DNA of 64,000 bases from Candidatus Bathyarchaeota archaeon (GCA_963826715.1 CAWGYA010000008.1:768001-832000); one strand, 5' to 3'; positions 19,318-29,636 are shown, counted from the first letter of the stretch. Notes: generated by a model from the sequence alone, not told the origin. Program-made: numbers and translations.

Positions 19318-20733
19318 ATGGAAAAGACAGGTGTACTCTTGGTTTCTTATGGCGCACGAGAAGTCGCAATGGCAGATGCGCTTCTTCGCAGTCCAAACCA
19401 TCAAGTTGAGCTCTATGTTGCTGACAAACAACGCAATCCGTTTAACGCCAAACATGCCACTAAACACGTGGTAATTCCTGGTCTTGATGTGCATGAAATT
19501 TGTAAATTCGCGCAAACTAACAAGGATCATCTTGATTTTGTTTTAGTAGGATCTGAGAATCCAATAATTAAAGGCATTCGGGACCTCATTGAAGAGAAAG
19601 TCGGCATACCTGTTATATGCCCAAAAAAAGCTTATGCCATTGAAGAGAGCAAAGTTGCTCAACGTCTGCTCTTTGAGGAGATTGCTCCGGAAGCTAATCC
19701 CAGATTTCAAGTTTTTGACCCTGCAAACTACAACTCAACTTCTGATGTTAAATCTGCTGTCTACAAGTGGCTAGATGAGCTTGATAATCAAGCTGTTGTG
19801 AAACCGGATAGACCTGCCTTGGGCAAGGGTGTGGGTGTTTGGGGTGATCATTTTGCTAGCCGAGAGGAGCTTTTTGATCATTTTCTCTCCAGCTTCAAAT
19901 TTGGCTCCGTTCTTATCGAGGAGAAAGTGCCAGGTGAGGAATCTAGTTGCATGGGCTTTTCTGATGGTAAACACTTTATTCCTTTGCCTGATACTCGCGA
20001 CTATAAACGTGCCTTCAACGGTGATCAAGGTCCGAACACCGGTGGAATGGGTTCCTATAAGGATAGTGAAGATTACTTGCCGTTTCTCACTTTGGCTGAT
20101 CGTGAAGCAGAATTGGCGTTAGCCAATAGAGTGTTTTGTGGTTGGAAAAAGAAAATTTCAGATGATACTGCTCTTCGGGGTGTGCCGCTTTATCTTGCTT
20201 TCATGCATACGGGTAGAGGCATTAAGATTTTGGAAATCAACAGTCGCCCGGGTGATCCTGAAATCATGAACCTCCTACCCGTTATCGAAGATGACTTTGT
20301 TGATGTTTGTCTTAAAATGGTGGAAGGGAACTTGATGGGTGTTGCAATGGAGCAGGCGGCGACGGTTTTAACCTACAAGGTTCCAGCAGATTACGGTGGA
20401 TACGCAAATGTTTACCCCACTTTGGTGGATAAAATCGCTGTTGATAGTCCAGTTGATCTGTCCAAGGCTGAAGCGTTGACAAAGAAATATGGCGACAACA
20501 TTCGCATCTATCCGGGCTCAATGGAAGTTCGTGGTGGTAAAAATTATGCCCTGAAATCCCGTGCTATAGGTCTTTTGGGGATCGGTGATTCTATTGAGGA
20601 AGCTCGCCAAATCAGCCAGGAGGGTGCTAAGGCCATAAGTGGTGGGGCGCTTTGGAACCGAACTGACATCGCTACAGGGCAGCATATTTCTAAAAGTATC
20701 CGTCACATGGAGCAACTGAGATGCAAAGCATAA
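19318..20733 (+). CDS. purD: Phosphoribosylamine-glycine ligase
   Basis: GAREVA, IEESK, VVKP...GKGV, DYKRAFNGDQGPNTGGMGSY, EINSRPGDPE. Confidence 0.95.
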   Translation: MEKTGVLLVSYGAREVAMADALLRSPNHQVELYVADKQRNPFNAKHATKHVVIPGLDVHEICKFAQTNKDHLDFVLVGSENPIIKGIRDLIEEKVGIPVICPKKAYAIEESKVAQRLLFEEIAPEANPRFQVFDPANYNSTSDVKSAVYKWLDELDNQAVVKPDRPALGKGVGVWGDHFASREELFDHFLSSFKFGSVLIEEKVPGEESSCMGFSDGKHFIPLPDTRDYKRAFNGDQGPNTGGMGSYKDSEDYLPFLTLADREAELALANRVFCGWKKKISDDTALRGVPLYLAFMHTGRGIKILEINSRPGDPEIMNLLPVIEDDFVDVCLKMVEGNLMGVAMEQAATVLTYKVPADYGGYANVYPTLVDKIAVDSPVDLSKAEALTKKYGDNIRIYPGSMEVRGGKNYALKSRAIGLLGIGDSIEEARQISQEGAKAISGGALWNRTDIATGQHISKSIRHMEQLRCKA

Positions 20734-21812
20734 AGAAAATTGTTGTTTCGGACTGTGAGGGTCCAATATCTAAAAATGATAATGCCTATGAACTTTCGGC
20801 GCATTTCATTCCAGATGGAGATAAACTCTTTGCTAACATAAGCAAGTATGATGATGTTCTTGCAGAGGTGCTGCATAGGCCAAATTATGCTGCGGGTAGT
20901 ACTCTGAAGCTGATTTTGCCTTTCTTTAAAGCCTATGATGCGACTGATCGGCAAATCGAGGATTATTCAGCCCAAAACATCCTTCTTATCCCACAAACAA
21001 AAGATACTATTAGGCACATGCAGGAGTACGCCGAAGTGTTCATCGTCAGCACAAGCTATGTGCACTACATAAATGCCCTCTGCAAAGCGATTGATTTTCC
21101 AATTAACCACACATATTGCACAAAAGTAGCTCTCGACGCCTATAGTATAACGCCTGAGGAGAAGGTGCTTTTAAAGGAGATTGGGACAGAAATCTCTAAA
21201 ATGCCTCTCATCGAAATACCTGTCAACGCGAAAACTGAGGCTGATTTTTCAGATGCCGATCAAGCATTAATCAAGCGGTTAGACGAAATCTTTTGGGAAA
21301 TACTTCCTAAATTGAGTGTGGGTAAATTGCTTTCTGAAGTAAAGACGGTGGGTGGCGAACAGAAGGCTGAAGCCATCAAGGATGTTGTAAATCGGTTAGG
21401 CATGAGGTTCTCTGAAGTCATGTATGTTGGTGATAGTATAACAGATGTTGAAGCCTTTAAGTTGGTGCGCAAGTTTGGTGGGTTAGCTGTGTCTTTTAAT
21501 GGCAACAGTTATGCTGTTCGGAACGCCGATGTCGCTATAATGTCTGAGGGTAACTTGGTTACGGCTTTGCTTGCTGATCGCTTCTGTAGACTTGGAAAAG
21601 AGCAAACATTAAAGGCGCTTTCATATTGGTGTAAATCTGCGGTTGAACAGAGTGGCGTAAGTATTGATCTTTTAAGGCAGCTCTATGCGATTTATCCTGG
21701 GGCGCTTCCCAGAGTTGAATTGGTAACGTTGCATAATGTTGATGGTCTTGTTAGGGAGAGTGCTGAATTCCGCAGAACTGTTAGAGGAGTAGCAATAGGG
21801 AGACTTGGATAA
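20721..21812 (+). CDS. HAD-superfamily phosphohydrolase, COG4030 / 'EhaR'-like
   Basis: Motif I variant SDCEGP, ISKYDD-LA...Y-AG-TLKL-LPF, IVSTSY, YVGDSITD, AVSFNGN-YA; overlaps purD by 13 bp. Confidence 0.8.
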   Translation: MQSIKKIVVSDCEGPISKNDNAYELSAHFIPDGDKLFANISKYDDVLAEVLHRPNYAAGSTLKLILPFFKAYDATDRQIEDYSAQNILLIPQTKDTIRHMQEYAEVFIVSTSYVHYINALCKAIDFPINHTYCTKVALDAYSITPEEKVLLKEIGTEISKMPLIEIPVNAKTEADFSDADQALIKRLDEIFWEILPKLSVGKLLSEVKTVGGEQKAEAIKDVVNRLGMRFSEVMYVGDSITDVEAFKLVRKFGGLAVSFNGNSYAVRNADVAIMSEGNLVTALLADRFCRLGKEQTLKALSYWCKSAVEQSGVSIDLLRQLYAIYPGALPRVELVTLHNVDGLVRESAEFRRTVRGVAIGRLG

Positions 21813-21813
21813 A

Positions 21814-22719
21814 ATGGACAATAAAATTGATGATACGTTTATTGAAGCCTTTGCTGGAATATTTTGTCGCGTAATTGTAACTGCAGATGACGAGGAAACC
21901 GTCCGTAAAGCTGCTGAAGACTCAACTTCTACTCCGTCGGTTGTTATAGGTAGAACTGAGGGCGGCGTAGAAAAATACTTATCTGAAAAACAAACCCCTG
22001 ATGGACGCAAAGGGGCTATTCTTCAGTTCTGGGGTGGAATTAATCCCAAGAAAACTTTTTCTGAGTCGCTTAAAAAGTTTGAAATGGAGCTTTCTTATCG
22101 AATTCGTCAAGATATTCTGGTTAAGCCGTTCACAGCTGTTTACGATGCTCTTCCCCGAGCCGAGGGCAAGTTTGATATGATGGAGCGTGTTGGGCATTGT
22201 GGTGATGGTTTTGAATGGGTTGAAACGCGGTATGGTAGAGAAGTTATAGTTGTGCCTTTGATGGTTCCGGATTTTGTCATCGAACATTATATTGGTTATG
22301 CCCAGGGTGTGATGGGGGGTAACTTTTGGATTATGTGCTCCACAAAAGAAGCGCTTAAACAAGCGGGAAATAAAGCCCTAAAGGCTATTCATAAGGTATA
22401 TGGTGCAGTAACAACTTTTGACATATGTTCTGCAGGTTCAAAACCCGAAACCCACTTCCTGCAAATCGGGCCCACAACTAACCAATTTTACTGTCCTTCG
22501 CTCAAGGCTCGTTTGGGAAAAGAATCCCAGGTTCCTGACGGCGTTAAATATATCGCTGAAATCGTTTACGATGGTCTATCTTTAGATGCAGTTAAAGAAG
22601 CTACCAAAGTAGGCATCAAAGCAGTTCTTGATGTTGAGGGTGTGGTGCGGGTTTCTGCAGGTAATTATGGTGGCAAACTAGGTCAATATAAGATACGGTT
22701 GAGTGAGTTGTTTGTATGA
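21814..22719 (+). CDS. Formylmethanofuran:tetrahydromethanopterin formyltransferase-like protein (divergent Ftr paralogue, 'EhaS'-like)
   Basis: IDDTFIEAF, TPDGR-GA, GDGFE, GV-GGNF, SAGNYGGKLG; non-canonical TSTPSVVIGRTEGG and RIRQDILVKP; ATG 1 nt after the HAD stop. Confidence 0.85.
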   Translation: MDNKIDDTFIEAFAGIFCRVIVTADDEETVRKAAEDSTSTPSVVIGRTEGGVEKYLSEKQTPDGRKGAILQFWGGINPKKTFSESLKKFEMELSYRIRQDILVKPFTAVYDALPRAEGKFDMMERVGHCGDGFEWVETRYGREVIVVPLMVPDFVIEHYIGYAQGVMGGNFWIMCSTKEALKQAGNKALKAIHKVYGAVTTFDICSAGSKPETHFLQIGPTTNQFYCPSLKARLGKESQVPDGVKYIAEIVYDGLSLDAVKEATKVGIKAVLDVEGVVRVSAGNYGGKLGQYKIRLSELFV

Positions 22720-23627
22720 CAAAGTTTGATGTAATTGGTTTTGGTGCACTCAACATTGACACACTTTTAAAAGTAGACAAGATTGCAGGTGCCGAGGAAG
22801 AGAGCTTTATCCGTGACTACACTGAAGCATGTGGTGGTTCAGCAGCTAACACAATAGTTGGCTTGGCTAGATTGGGTTGTAACGTAGGTTTTGTAGGCAA
22901 AGTTGCTGATGACCCTGAGGGGCAACTTCAAATTGACTGCTTCAAAGCTGAAGGCGTGGACACTGACGGTCTTATTCATTCGGCAAAAGGCAAAAGCGGT
23001 GTCTGCTTGGGGTTTGTTGACAAGAAAGGTGCGCGTGCACTCTATATCAACCCCGGGGTCAACGATTCAATAGAATTTCGAGAGTTAAAATCCACATATA
23101 TTTCTCAAACCCAAATCCTGCATCTATCGTCCTTTGTTGGAGAAAAATCTTTCAGATCGCAAAAGAAGCTCTTGAGCTATCTACCTGACGGCATAAAAAT
23201 CAGCTTTGATCCAGGTGCCCTATACGCTCAGAGAGGCTTTGCAGCTATTGAACCAATCATTCAAAATTCTTTTGTTATGATGCCTAACTCTCTTGAACTT
23301 GAACTAATAACTGGTGAAAGTGACATACCTAAAGGCGCTGAATTGCTGCTTGGTATGGGTGTTAAAATTGTCGCTGTCAAACTTGGTGCCAAAGGATGCT
23401 ACGTTACCAACGGTCAAGAGAAGGGCATAGTAGGACCCTTCAAAGTCCAAGCGGTTGATACAACTGGCGCTGGAGATGCCTTTAATGCAGGTTTCCTGTA
23501 TGGTCTACTTAACGATAAGGCTCTCTTCGAATGTGGCAGATTGGGTAATTTTGTTGCTTCTAGAAGCGTAATTAGGATGGGGGCTCGGGAAGGCTTGCCG
23601 CACAAAGAGGATTTATCAAGAGTCTAG
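22716..23627 (+). CDS. PfkB/ribokinase-family carbohydrate or nucleoside kinase ('EhaT'-like)
   Basis: GGSAANT, FDPG, VKLGAKG, DTTGAGDAFNAGF; ATGA overlap with the Ftr-like gene. Confidence 0.92.
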   Translation: MTKFDVIGFGALNIDTLLKVDKIAGAEEESFIRDYTEACGGSAANTIVGLARLGCNVGFVGKVADDPEGQLQIDCFKAEGVDTDGLIHSAKGKSGVCLGFVDKKGARALYINPGVNDSIEFRELKSTYISQTQILHLSSFVGEKSFRSQKKLLSYLPDGIKISFDPGALYAQRGFAAIEPIIQNSFVMMPNSLELELITGESDIPKGAELLLGMGVKIVAVKLGAKGCYVTNGQEKGIVGPFKVQAVDTTGAGDAFNAGFLYGLLNDKALFECGRLGNFVASRSVIRMGAREGLPHKEDLSRV

Positions 23628-23711
23628 TCATCTCGGAAAAGGTTGATTAATATTTTTCTTGTAGGGTTACGTTGGAAATGGTTAGTTATAATTTAAAAGA
23701 GGAAGGTGAAT

Positions 23712-24170
23712 TTATTGTTCGCCGGTTATGGAAATTTGGACGCTAAAGTTTGTTACGTCGGTTATGCTAGATGAGACTGTTAGAGTTATGGTTGCGGTGG
23801 TTACTTGACCTGGTGTAAGTACTGTGTTTTCTCTGTTCCAAGTTATTATTATTGGTCCATTAGCGCTTGACGGGTTCCAACTTGATGTTGCCATACTTAG
23901 TGAAAGTGATACTCCAGCGCCAGTATTTTTAACATAGATTGTTTGTGTCGTACTTTCTCCCGGTGTTAGATTTCCCCAACTAATTGTGCTTAGCGTAGTG
24001 GTACATGCACTGTCAGAGTAAACCCCGAGATTTGCTGATACATCAACTGTTCCAGTTGTGGAGAGGTTTCGATTTGTACTTAAGGCTGCGTAAGTTGTGG
24101 CTGTGAGAACAGTTGCTACTACAATTAATACTGTTATGCTCAAAACGATTTTTTTATTTGTAAAACCCAT
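23712..24170 (-). CDS. Small secreted Thr/Ser-rich beta protein, TasA/camelysin-like
   Basis: Signal peptide ending TTYA-A, then GTVDVSA...GNLTPGE...IYVKNTG. Confidence 0.6.
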   Translation of the reverse strand: MGFTNKKIVLSITVLIVVATVLTATTYAALSTNRNLSTTGTVDVSANLGVYSDSACTTTLSTISWGNLTPGESTTQTIYVKNTGAGVSLSLSMATSSWNPSSANGPIIITWNRENTVLTPGQVTTATITLTVSSSITDVTNFSVQISITGEQ

Positions 24171-24389
24171 ACTTATCACATGTCTCAAGTGTTAATACTT
24201 GTTACAATAGACTGCTTTAAAAACTTTTGTTAAAACACGGTAAATATGCTGATTTGTACAACAATAATACTCTCTAATTTACTTTAATTTGTCATTCTTG
24301 GCTACCTCCCGTAGAACTGATTTGCTATCATTCAGAATAACTATTATATAGTTGGTAACAGCGTTAAAATTACACAGGCGATTGATTAC

Positions 24390-24818
24390 TTGCAAACCGA
24401 CAGTGACTCCGCTAAGGGATCTGATGAGCATTCTTCTCGAGGTAAGAGTCAAAACCAAAAGCGCCTTGTTGAGGAATTAATTGTTCAATGGAAACTCTTG
24501 TGGGGAGAACGGTTTGATGACAAAATAAGGGCTGAAGGCATTTCTGTAACTGATTATGCGAGTTTGTTTGTGGAGCAAGGAATGGTTATTCATGCAACCA
24601 AAGATTTCAAGGCTTTGAACTTCAAAGATATTTTAGAAAAGCACATGGTTGAAAATCCTGAACGATATATCCAACCTAATGTTAATTTAGGTGGTTGGAA
24701 CAAGTTTATAAAAACAGAAGTTATAGGTCAAAGGACTAAAATGAAAAACTCTCAACCTAAAAAGCCATCTATTCAGACGCAAAAAAAGAGTAAACGCGGT
24801 TGGCTTCATACAACCTAA
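24390..24818 (+). CDS. Hypothetical protein
   Basis: 142-codon ORF with protein-like composition and basic C-terminus ending RGWLH. Confidence 0.6.
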   Translation: MQTDSDSAKGSDEHSSRGKSQNQKRLVEELIVQWKLLWGERFDDKIRAEGISVTDYASLFVEQGMVIHATKDFKALNFKDILEKHMVENPERYIQPNVNLGGWNKFIKTEVIGQRTKMKNSQPKKPSIQTQKKSKRGWLHTT

Positions 24819-25249
24819 TTTAGGATTTAAGGCTGTATCTATTTATTATTTGAAGGTCAAAATCGTGCTATTGGAAAACTGTATTTTTTATTGAGGTTAG
24901 TTTTAAGTGTTTTTGTTACGCAATTTGGATCCTCGGCGTGAGGTTTTGGGTTTTTGGGCAGAAAAATTTTCGAAGGTGATTTTTCATCTCCTTGGAAGAT
25001 ATTTTTGGAGTATGGTTTTGCGAGTTTCTTTCAGAGGATGCTTTTTTGGGGTTACTGGAAAAAATTCTGGATTCTTCTAGATGATTTTATATAGAAGTTT
25101 TCTGCTGGATTAACTAACGATATCCTATTGCTTATATGGAAACATTGGGAACGGCAACAATCAGAATATTGACCTATTGATTCTCGTCCACTCCTGTCAG
25201 GGAGGGATTGTTATAGGATAAGTTATGTTCATCCACTTTTAGACTTTTA

Positions 25250-25591
25250 TTGGACGCGTGGATTATCTTGGCTAATTATCGACAAAGGTTAGATATTATA
25301 GCTGATATACTTGAAGTTGTAAGTGTTGATGCTAAAAAGACTCAGATTATGTTTAAGGCAAACTTGAGTTACAAAGCATTAACTAAATATCTATCTGACG
25401 TAATAAAAGCCTCACTCGTTACATATGAGCAGAAACGACAATGTTATAGGCTTACTGATAAAGGACATAATTTTTTGAATACTTACAAAGTTTATTGTAA
25501 AACTAACAAGCAAATTATGAAGCGTGAAGAAACCAAGAAAGCTTTAGATGCATTATGTCCATGTAGTAAATTCAGTCAGACTTTAGATTGA
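25250..25591 (+). CDS. Winged helix-turn-helix transcriptional regulator (archaeal HTH_45-like)
   Basis: YRQRLDIIADIL...KKTQIMFKANLSY...YL...Y-LT-KG; start may be the TTG at 25268. Confidence 0.85.
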   Translation: MDAWIILANYRQRLDIIADILEVVSVDAKKTQIMFKANLSYKALTKYLSDVIKASLVTYEQKRQCYRLTDKGHNFLNTYKVYCKTNKQIMKREETKKALDALCPCSKFSQTLD

Positions 25592-25644
25592 ATGCAATAT
25601 CTTAACTTTTGTCAATGTTGATTGTCGCTTCTTGAGGTGATGGC

Positions 25645-26145
25645 TTGAATAGACAGGCGTTTTTGATAATTATTGCGCTCTCTATTTTACTAGTAATTTC
25701 GAGTTCCTATATTGTGCTCGTTAGTGCAGAAAATGATAATAGTGAAATAAACGCTGCTCGTTTATCTATTGACCAAGCTTTCTTGAATGTTTTGACTGCT
25801 GAAGAAGCAGGTGGAAATGTTACTGAGCTACTGTTTAAGTTAAACGGTGCTGGACAACTTTTAGCAGATGCTGAAAATATCTATAAAAGTGGCAGTTCAG
25901 AGAATGTTACTTATGCTGCCCGAAATGCTATCGCACTTGCTAATCAAATTAACGATGAGGCTATTGCTCTTCGCAACGTCAATATTTTAGCGTCGCAGAA
26001 CAATCTTTGGTTCACTTTGGCTTTTTCACTTGTCGGGGCAGTTGTTTTTGCGTGCGCTATCTTTTTTATTTGGCGTTGGTTCAAGCGCCGTTTTATAACC
26101 AGATTTCTTGACATGAGACCAGAGGTGTTAGATGATGCACCTTGA
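25645..26145 (+). CDS. Membrane-anchored helical secreted protein
   Basis: GAGGTGA RBS, signal peptide, AEEAGGNVTEL helical region, C-terminal TM plus basic residues. Confidence 0.7.
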   Translation: MNRQAFLIIIALSILLVISSSYIVLVSAENDNSEINAARLSIDQAFLNVLTAEEAGGNVTELLFKLNGAGQLLADAENIYKSGSSENVTYAARNAIALANQINDEAIALRNVNILASQNNLWFTLAFSLVGAVVFACAIFFIWRWFKRRFITRFLDMRPEVLDDAP

Positions 26146-26728
26146 TAATTACAAGATTATCTTTATTGCAGTTGGTTTAATCGGTATCTTGTTGTTTTCC
26201 TGGCCAACTATCGGTCTGTTAGTAAAGCCTCCTCTGGGGGAAGTATTCTCTGAACTCTACATTCTTGGACCTAATCATTCGTTCGATGACGTCCCTTTTA
26301 ACATTACAGCGGGAGTAACATATTCTGTCTTTTTGGGAGTAGGAAACCATTTGGGCTCCTCTAGTTACTACACGACCTTCGTAAAGTTTGGCAATGAGAC
26401 TGAACCTCTTCCTAATGTAACGCCAGGAATACCCAGTCCCTTGCCTGCACTATATGAATATGATTTTTTTATTAATAATGGTGGTAATTGGGAGACTCCT
26501 TTCACCTTCAAAATTAACGATGTAAGTTTTTCTGCTGATAAGTCCTCTCTGAATAATATTACTATTAATGGGCGGGATTTTCGAGTAAACGAAGCATCTG
26601 TTTGGAATGTAAATAAAACTGGTTATTATTATAATCTTATTGTGGAGCTATGGCTGTTTAACTCTACTTTAGGTGTTTCTCAATTTCATAATCGTTCTGT
26701 TAATTTAATTTTGAATATGACTGGTTAG
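26132..26728 (+). CDS. DUF1616-like protein (extracellular C-terminal half)
   Basis: Single N-terminal TM then FSELYILGP...LGVGNH-G...Y; overlaps the upstream gene. Confidence 0.7.
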   Translation: MMHLDNYKIIFIAVGLIGILLFSWPTIGLLVKPPLGEVFSELYILGPNHSFDDVPFNITAGVTYSVFLGVGNHLGSSSYYTTFVKFGNETEPLPNVTPGIPSPLPALYEYDFFINNGGNWETPFTFKINDVSFSADKSSLNNITINGRDFRVNEASVWNVNKTGYYYNLIVELWLFNSTLGVSQFHNRSVNLILNMTG

Positions 26729-27337
26729 AGCTTTTTAAAAATTGGCAAAGCATCCATACTGCAGTTTCCTATATAATGACACACTTTTTGTGTCCCTGAT
26801 TGAAACGTCTTTTGTGGAAGGAGAATTTGTCATTCATAACAGTTTTGAAGGGACCCAATTGTAATGCTGCAAACTTCAAAAATAGGTATTTGGAGTACGG
26901 TAATCGATTTAACATTGATTTCTCTCTATAAGGTTTGAAGGGATATTCTGACTTTCTGACAACTGTAGCTACTTTCCATCCGTTGTTGGATTAATTTCTC
27001 AGTTTATGAGATTTGAATTTTCTTAAGAGATCATTAGAGTGGATCTTTTGTGAGAACATTTTACGATTTCAAAATTTTGATAATTAACTTAGGCTAAATA
27101 ATTATGTTATAAACGGCTTAAACTTGAGGTCTCCATTTCAGATTGTTATCGAATTAGAGATAAAAACTCAAATTGGAGCACTATCTTATCATTTTGAGGA
27201 TAATTAATCAGTTTTGTAGCGTAAAATTTACACGTTATAAAAATTTGTTGATGATGTTTTTTTATTTATCGAATACGTCTATATTATTTAAAAGGTAATG
27301 ATATTACTCATAAGAGAAAACCCGAGGAAAAGAACAA

Positions 27338-28216
27338 ATGAAAATATTACTTTCTGGAGCCGCAGGAATGCTTGGCAGTGCATTATGCCCTACTTTAAAG
27401 GATAGAAAACATGATGTAATTGCTACAGATTTGATGCCCCCCACAGATGAAATTAAATTCCTTGATGTTAGAAATTTTAATCAAGTAGACGACATGGTGA
27501 AACTCATCAAGCCAAATATCGTTATGCATTTAGCAGCGGAAACAGATGTTGATCGATGTGAACTTGAACCTGATCATGCCTTTTTGACTAATACTATCGG
27601 GACCCAAAATGTTAGCATTGCTTGCCAAAAGCAGAATATCATAATGGTTTACATTAGCACCATAGGTGTTTTTCATGGTGACAAGGTGGAGCCATATACA
27701 GAGTTTGATACCCCAAATCCAATAAATATTTATGGTCAAAGCAAGCTCGAGGGTGAAAAAATCGTTCAGTGTCTTTTAAATAGGTATTATATAGTTCGGG
27801 CTGGTTGGATGATTGGTGGTGGACCTAAAAGGGACAAAAAGTTCATAGGCAAAATAATACGAAAAATGGATGAGACTCACAGTTTGAAGGCTGTTAATGA
27901 TAAGATCGGAAGTCCCACGTACACAGTAGATTTTTCCAGATGCTTAGCTGATCTTATTGAAACGGGTTATTTTGGTCTTTATCACTGTACCAATAAGGGA
28001 TATTGTTCAAGATTTGATGTTGCTAAAAAAATCGTTGAGATTTTTGGTAGATCTGATGTTACTATAGAACCTGTTAGTTCTGCGCATTTCCCTTTGCCTG
28101 CTGCACGTGCGAGATCAGAAATGTCTAGAAATTATAAGCTAGATCTAATAGGTATGAGCCCAACAAGAAATTGGGAAGATGCTCTTGAACATTATATAAA
28201 TACCTCTTGGAAGTAA
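27338..28216 (+). CDS. rfbD: dTDP-4-dehydrorhamnose reductase family SDR
   Basis: GAAGMLG, HLAAETDVD-CE, YIST, P-NIYGQSKL-GE, DKIGSPTY, A-R. Confidence 0.88.
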   Translation: MKILLSGAAGMLGSALCPTLKDRKHDVIATDLMPPTDEIKFLDVRNFNQVDDMVKLIKPNIVMHLAAETDVDRCELEPDHAFLTNTIGTQNVSIACQKQNIIMVYISTIGVFHGDKVEPYTEFDTPNPINIYGQSKLEGEKIVQCLLNRYYIVRAGWMIGGGPKRDKKFIGKIIRKMDETHSLKAVNDKIGSPTYTVDFSRCLADLIETGYFGLYHCTNKGYCSRFDVAKKIVEIFGRSDVTIEPVSSAHFPLPAARARSEMSRNYKLDLIGMSPTRNWEDALEHYINTSWK

Positions 28217-28303
28217 ATTCAAAAATTTTTTCGGATTTTTCTTATTTTATTTATCCCTCTTTAAATAAATACAATTATTCCTTAAATTAGCCTTTGTGAT
28301 AAT

Positions 28304-29410
28304 ATGAGAATTGCCTTTTTAGCAACCATGGGAATTCCCGCTCGCTATGGTGGCTTTGAGACGTGTGTGGAAGAGGTCGCTACTAGACTTGCTAAACAAG
28401 GACATGAAGTAATCGTGTATTGCGGTTATTGGGGTTCTAAGCCAAAACTAAAATCCTATAAAAACATTCAGCTAGTTTATTTTCCCTGTTTAAAAAATAA
28501 ATTCCTTGATTTTCCACTTCGTGCAATGCTTTCTACCTTAGATTTACTACGACGAAGAGTTAATATTGCTCACTTTTATGGTTCTGATGCTTGGCCGTTT
28601 ACGCTGTTAACTAGACTAATGTCGATAAAAACCGTTCTTACTCTGGATGGGTTAGTTTGGAAAAGATCAAGTTACCCTACATTAGTGCAGAAGATATTGT
28701 TTCTGACAGCTAGCCTTGCTTTTTATTTTCCGAATTCTACAATAGTTGATTCCATGTTTGTTCAACATTGGTATCAACAAAATATCGGCAAGAGCCCCGT
28801 CTATGTTCCTTATGGCGCTAATATTAATCTGAATAAGCCCGAAGAGAAAAACTTAGTTAAGAGAGGCTTGTCTAATGGAAAATACATCTTATTTGTTGGA
28901 AGGTTGGTAAGGGAGAAAGGTGTTCATTATCTGGTTGAGGCGTTTAAAATGCTCAAAACCAACTATAACTTGGTGATCGTTGGCTCAGATCCATATAACA
29001 AAGACTATGAGTTATATTTAAAAAAGATAGCAAATGAAAAAACGGTTTTTTTAGGGAAGGTTTACGGAAAAGAGGTTGAGACTCTGTATTCTGGGGCTTA
29101 CCTTTATGTTACACCCTCTGATCTCGAAGGGACATCTCCTGCCCTTCTTACTGCAATGGCTTTTGGAAAGTGTGTGCTAGTTAGTGATATTCCTGAAAAT
29201 CAGGAAACTGTTGGAGATGCTGGATTCTTATTTAAGCAGGGGGATGTTGACGATTTATCTCAAAAATTAAATTTTCTTATAGAAAATCCTACTATTGTTG
29301 AGCAAACTGGGTTGAAAGCAGTAAATCGTATAAAAACAACTTATAATTGGGACTTGATAGCTAGTCAAATCGCAAAAATTTATGCTAAACAATTTGCATT
29401 TACTAGCTAG
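28304..29410 (+). CDS. Glycosyltransferase family 4
   Basis: GIPARYGGFET, LFVGRLVREKG, PS-LEG-SPALL-AMA-G, SDIPEN-E. Confidence 0.92.
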   Translation: MRIAFLATMGIPARYGGFETCVEEVATRLAKQGHEVIVYCGYWGSKPKLKSYKNIQLVYFPCLKNKFLDFPLRAMLSTLDLLRRRVNIAHFYGSDAWPFTLLTRLMSIKTVLTLDGLVWKRSSYPTLVQKILFLTASLAFYFPNSTIVDSMFVQHWYQQNIGKSPVYVPYGANINLNKPEEKNLVKRGLSNGKYILFVGRLVREKGVHYLVEAFKMLKTNYNLVIVGSDPYNKDYELYLKKIANEKTVFLGKVYGKEVETLYSGAYLYVTPSDLEGTSPALLTAMAFGKCVLVSDIPENQETVGDAGFLFKQGDVDDLSQKLNFLIENPTIVEQTGLKAVNRIKTTYNWDLIASQIAKIYAKQFAFTS

Positions 29411-29636
29411 ATCTATCAAAATTAATGTTAATCCAGCATAAATGGATAAAGTAGTCATTGAATAAAGTGTCAGGCAATTGGGAGAGTCTCAAAAAATTTT
29501 TGAGAAAATAGGTTCTAACTTTTAATGAATGACTTGGTCATAAATGCTCTTTTTTATTATCCTCACGCTATATTTGTTATAGCAGCTAGAAAACCTTAAA
29601 TGAAATCTGACAATAGAGAAATTGGTGAAATAATTC

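Noticed and set aside
21814-22719. Canonical ftr as evidence of methanogenesis, or an Eha hydrogenase
   Set aside because: Motifs diverge from canonical Ftr; no mcr, mtr or hydrogenase subunits are in the window
26730-27337. 600-bp intergenic gap as a possible pseudogene or mobile-element scar
   Set aside because: The part I translated by hand gave only short unrecognisable peptides, and no terminal repeats were seen
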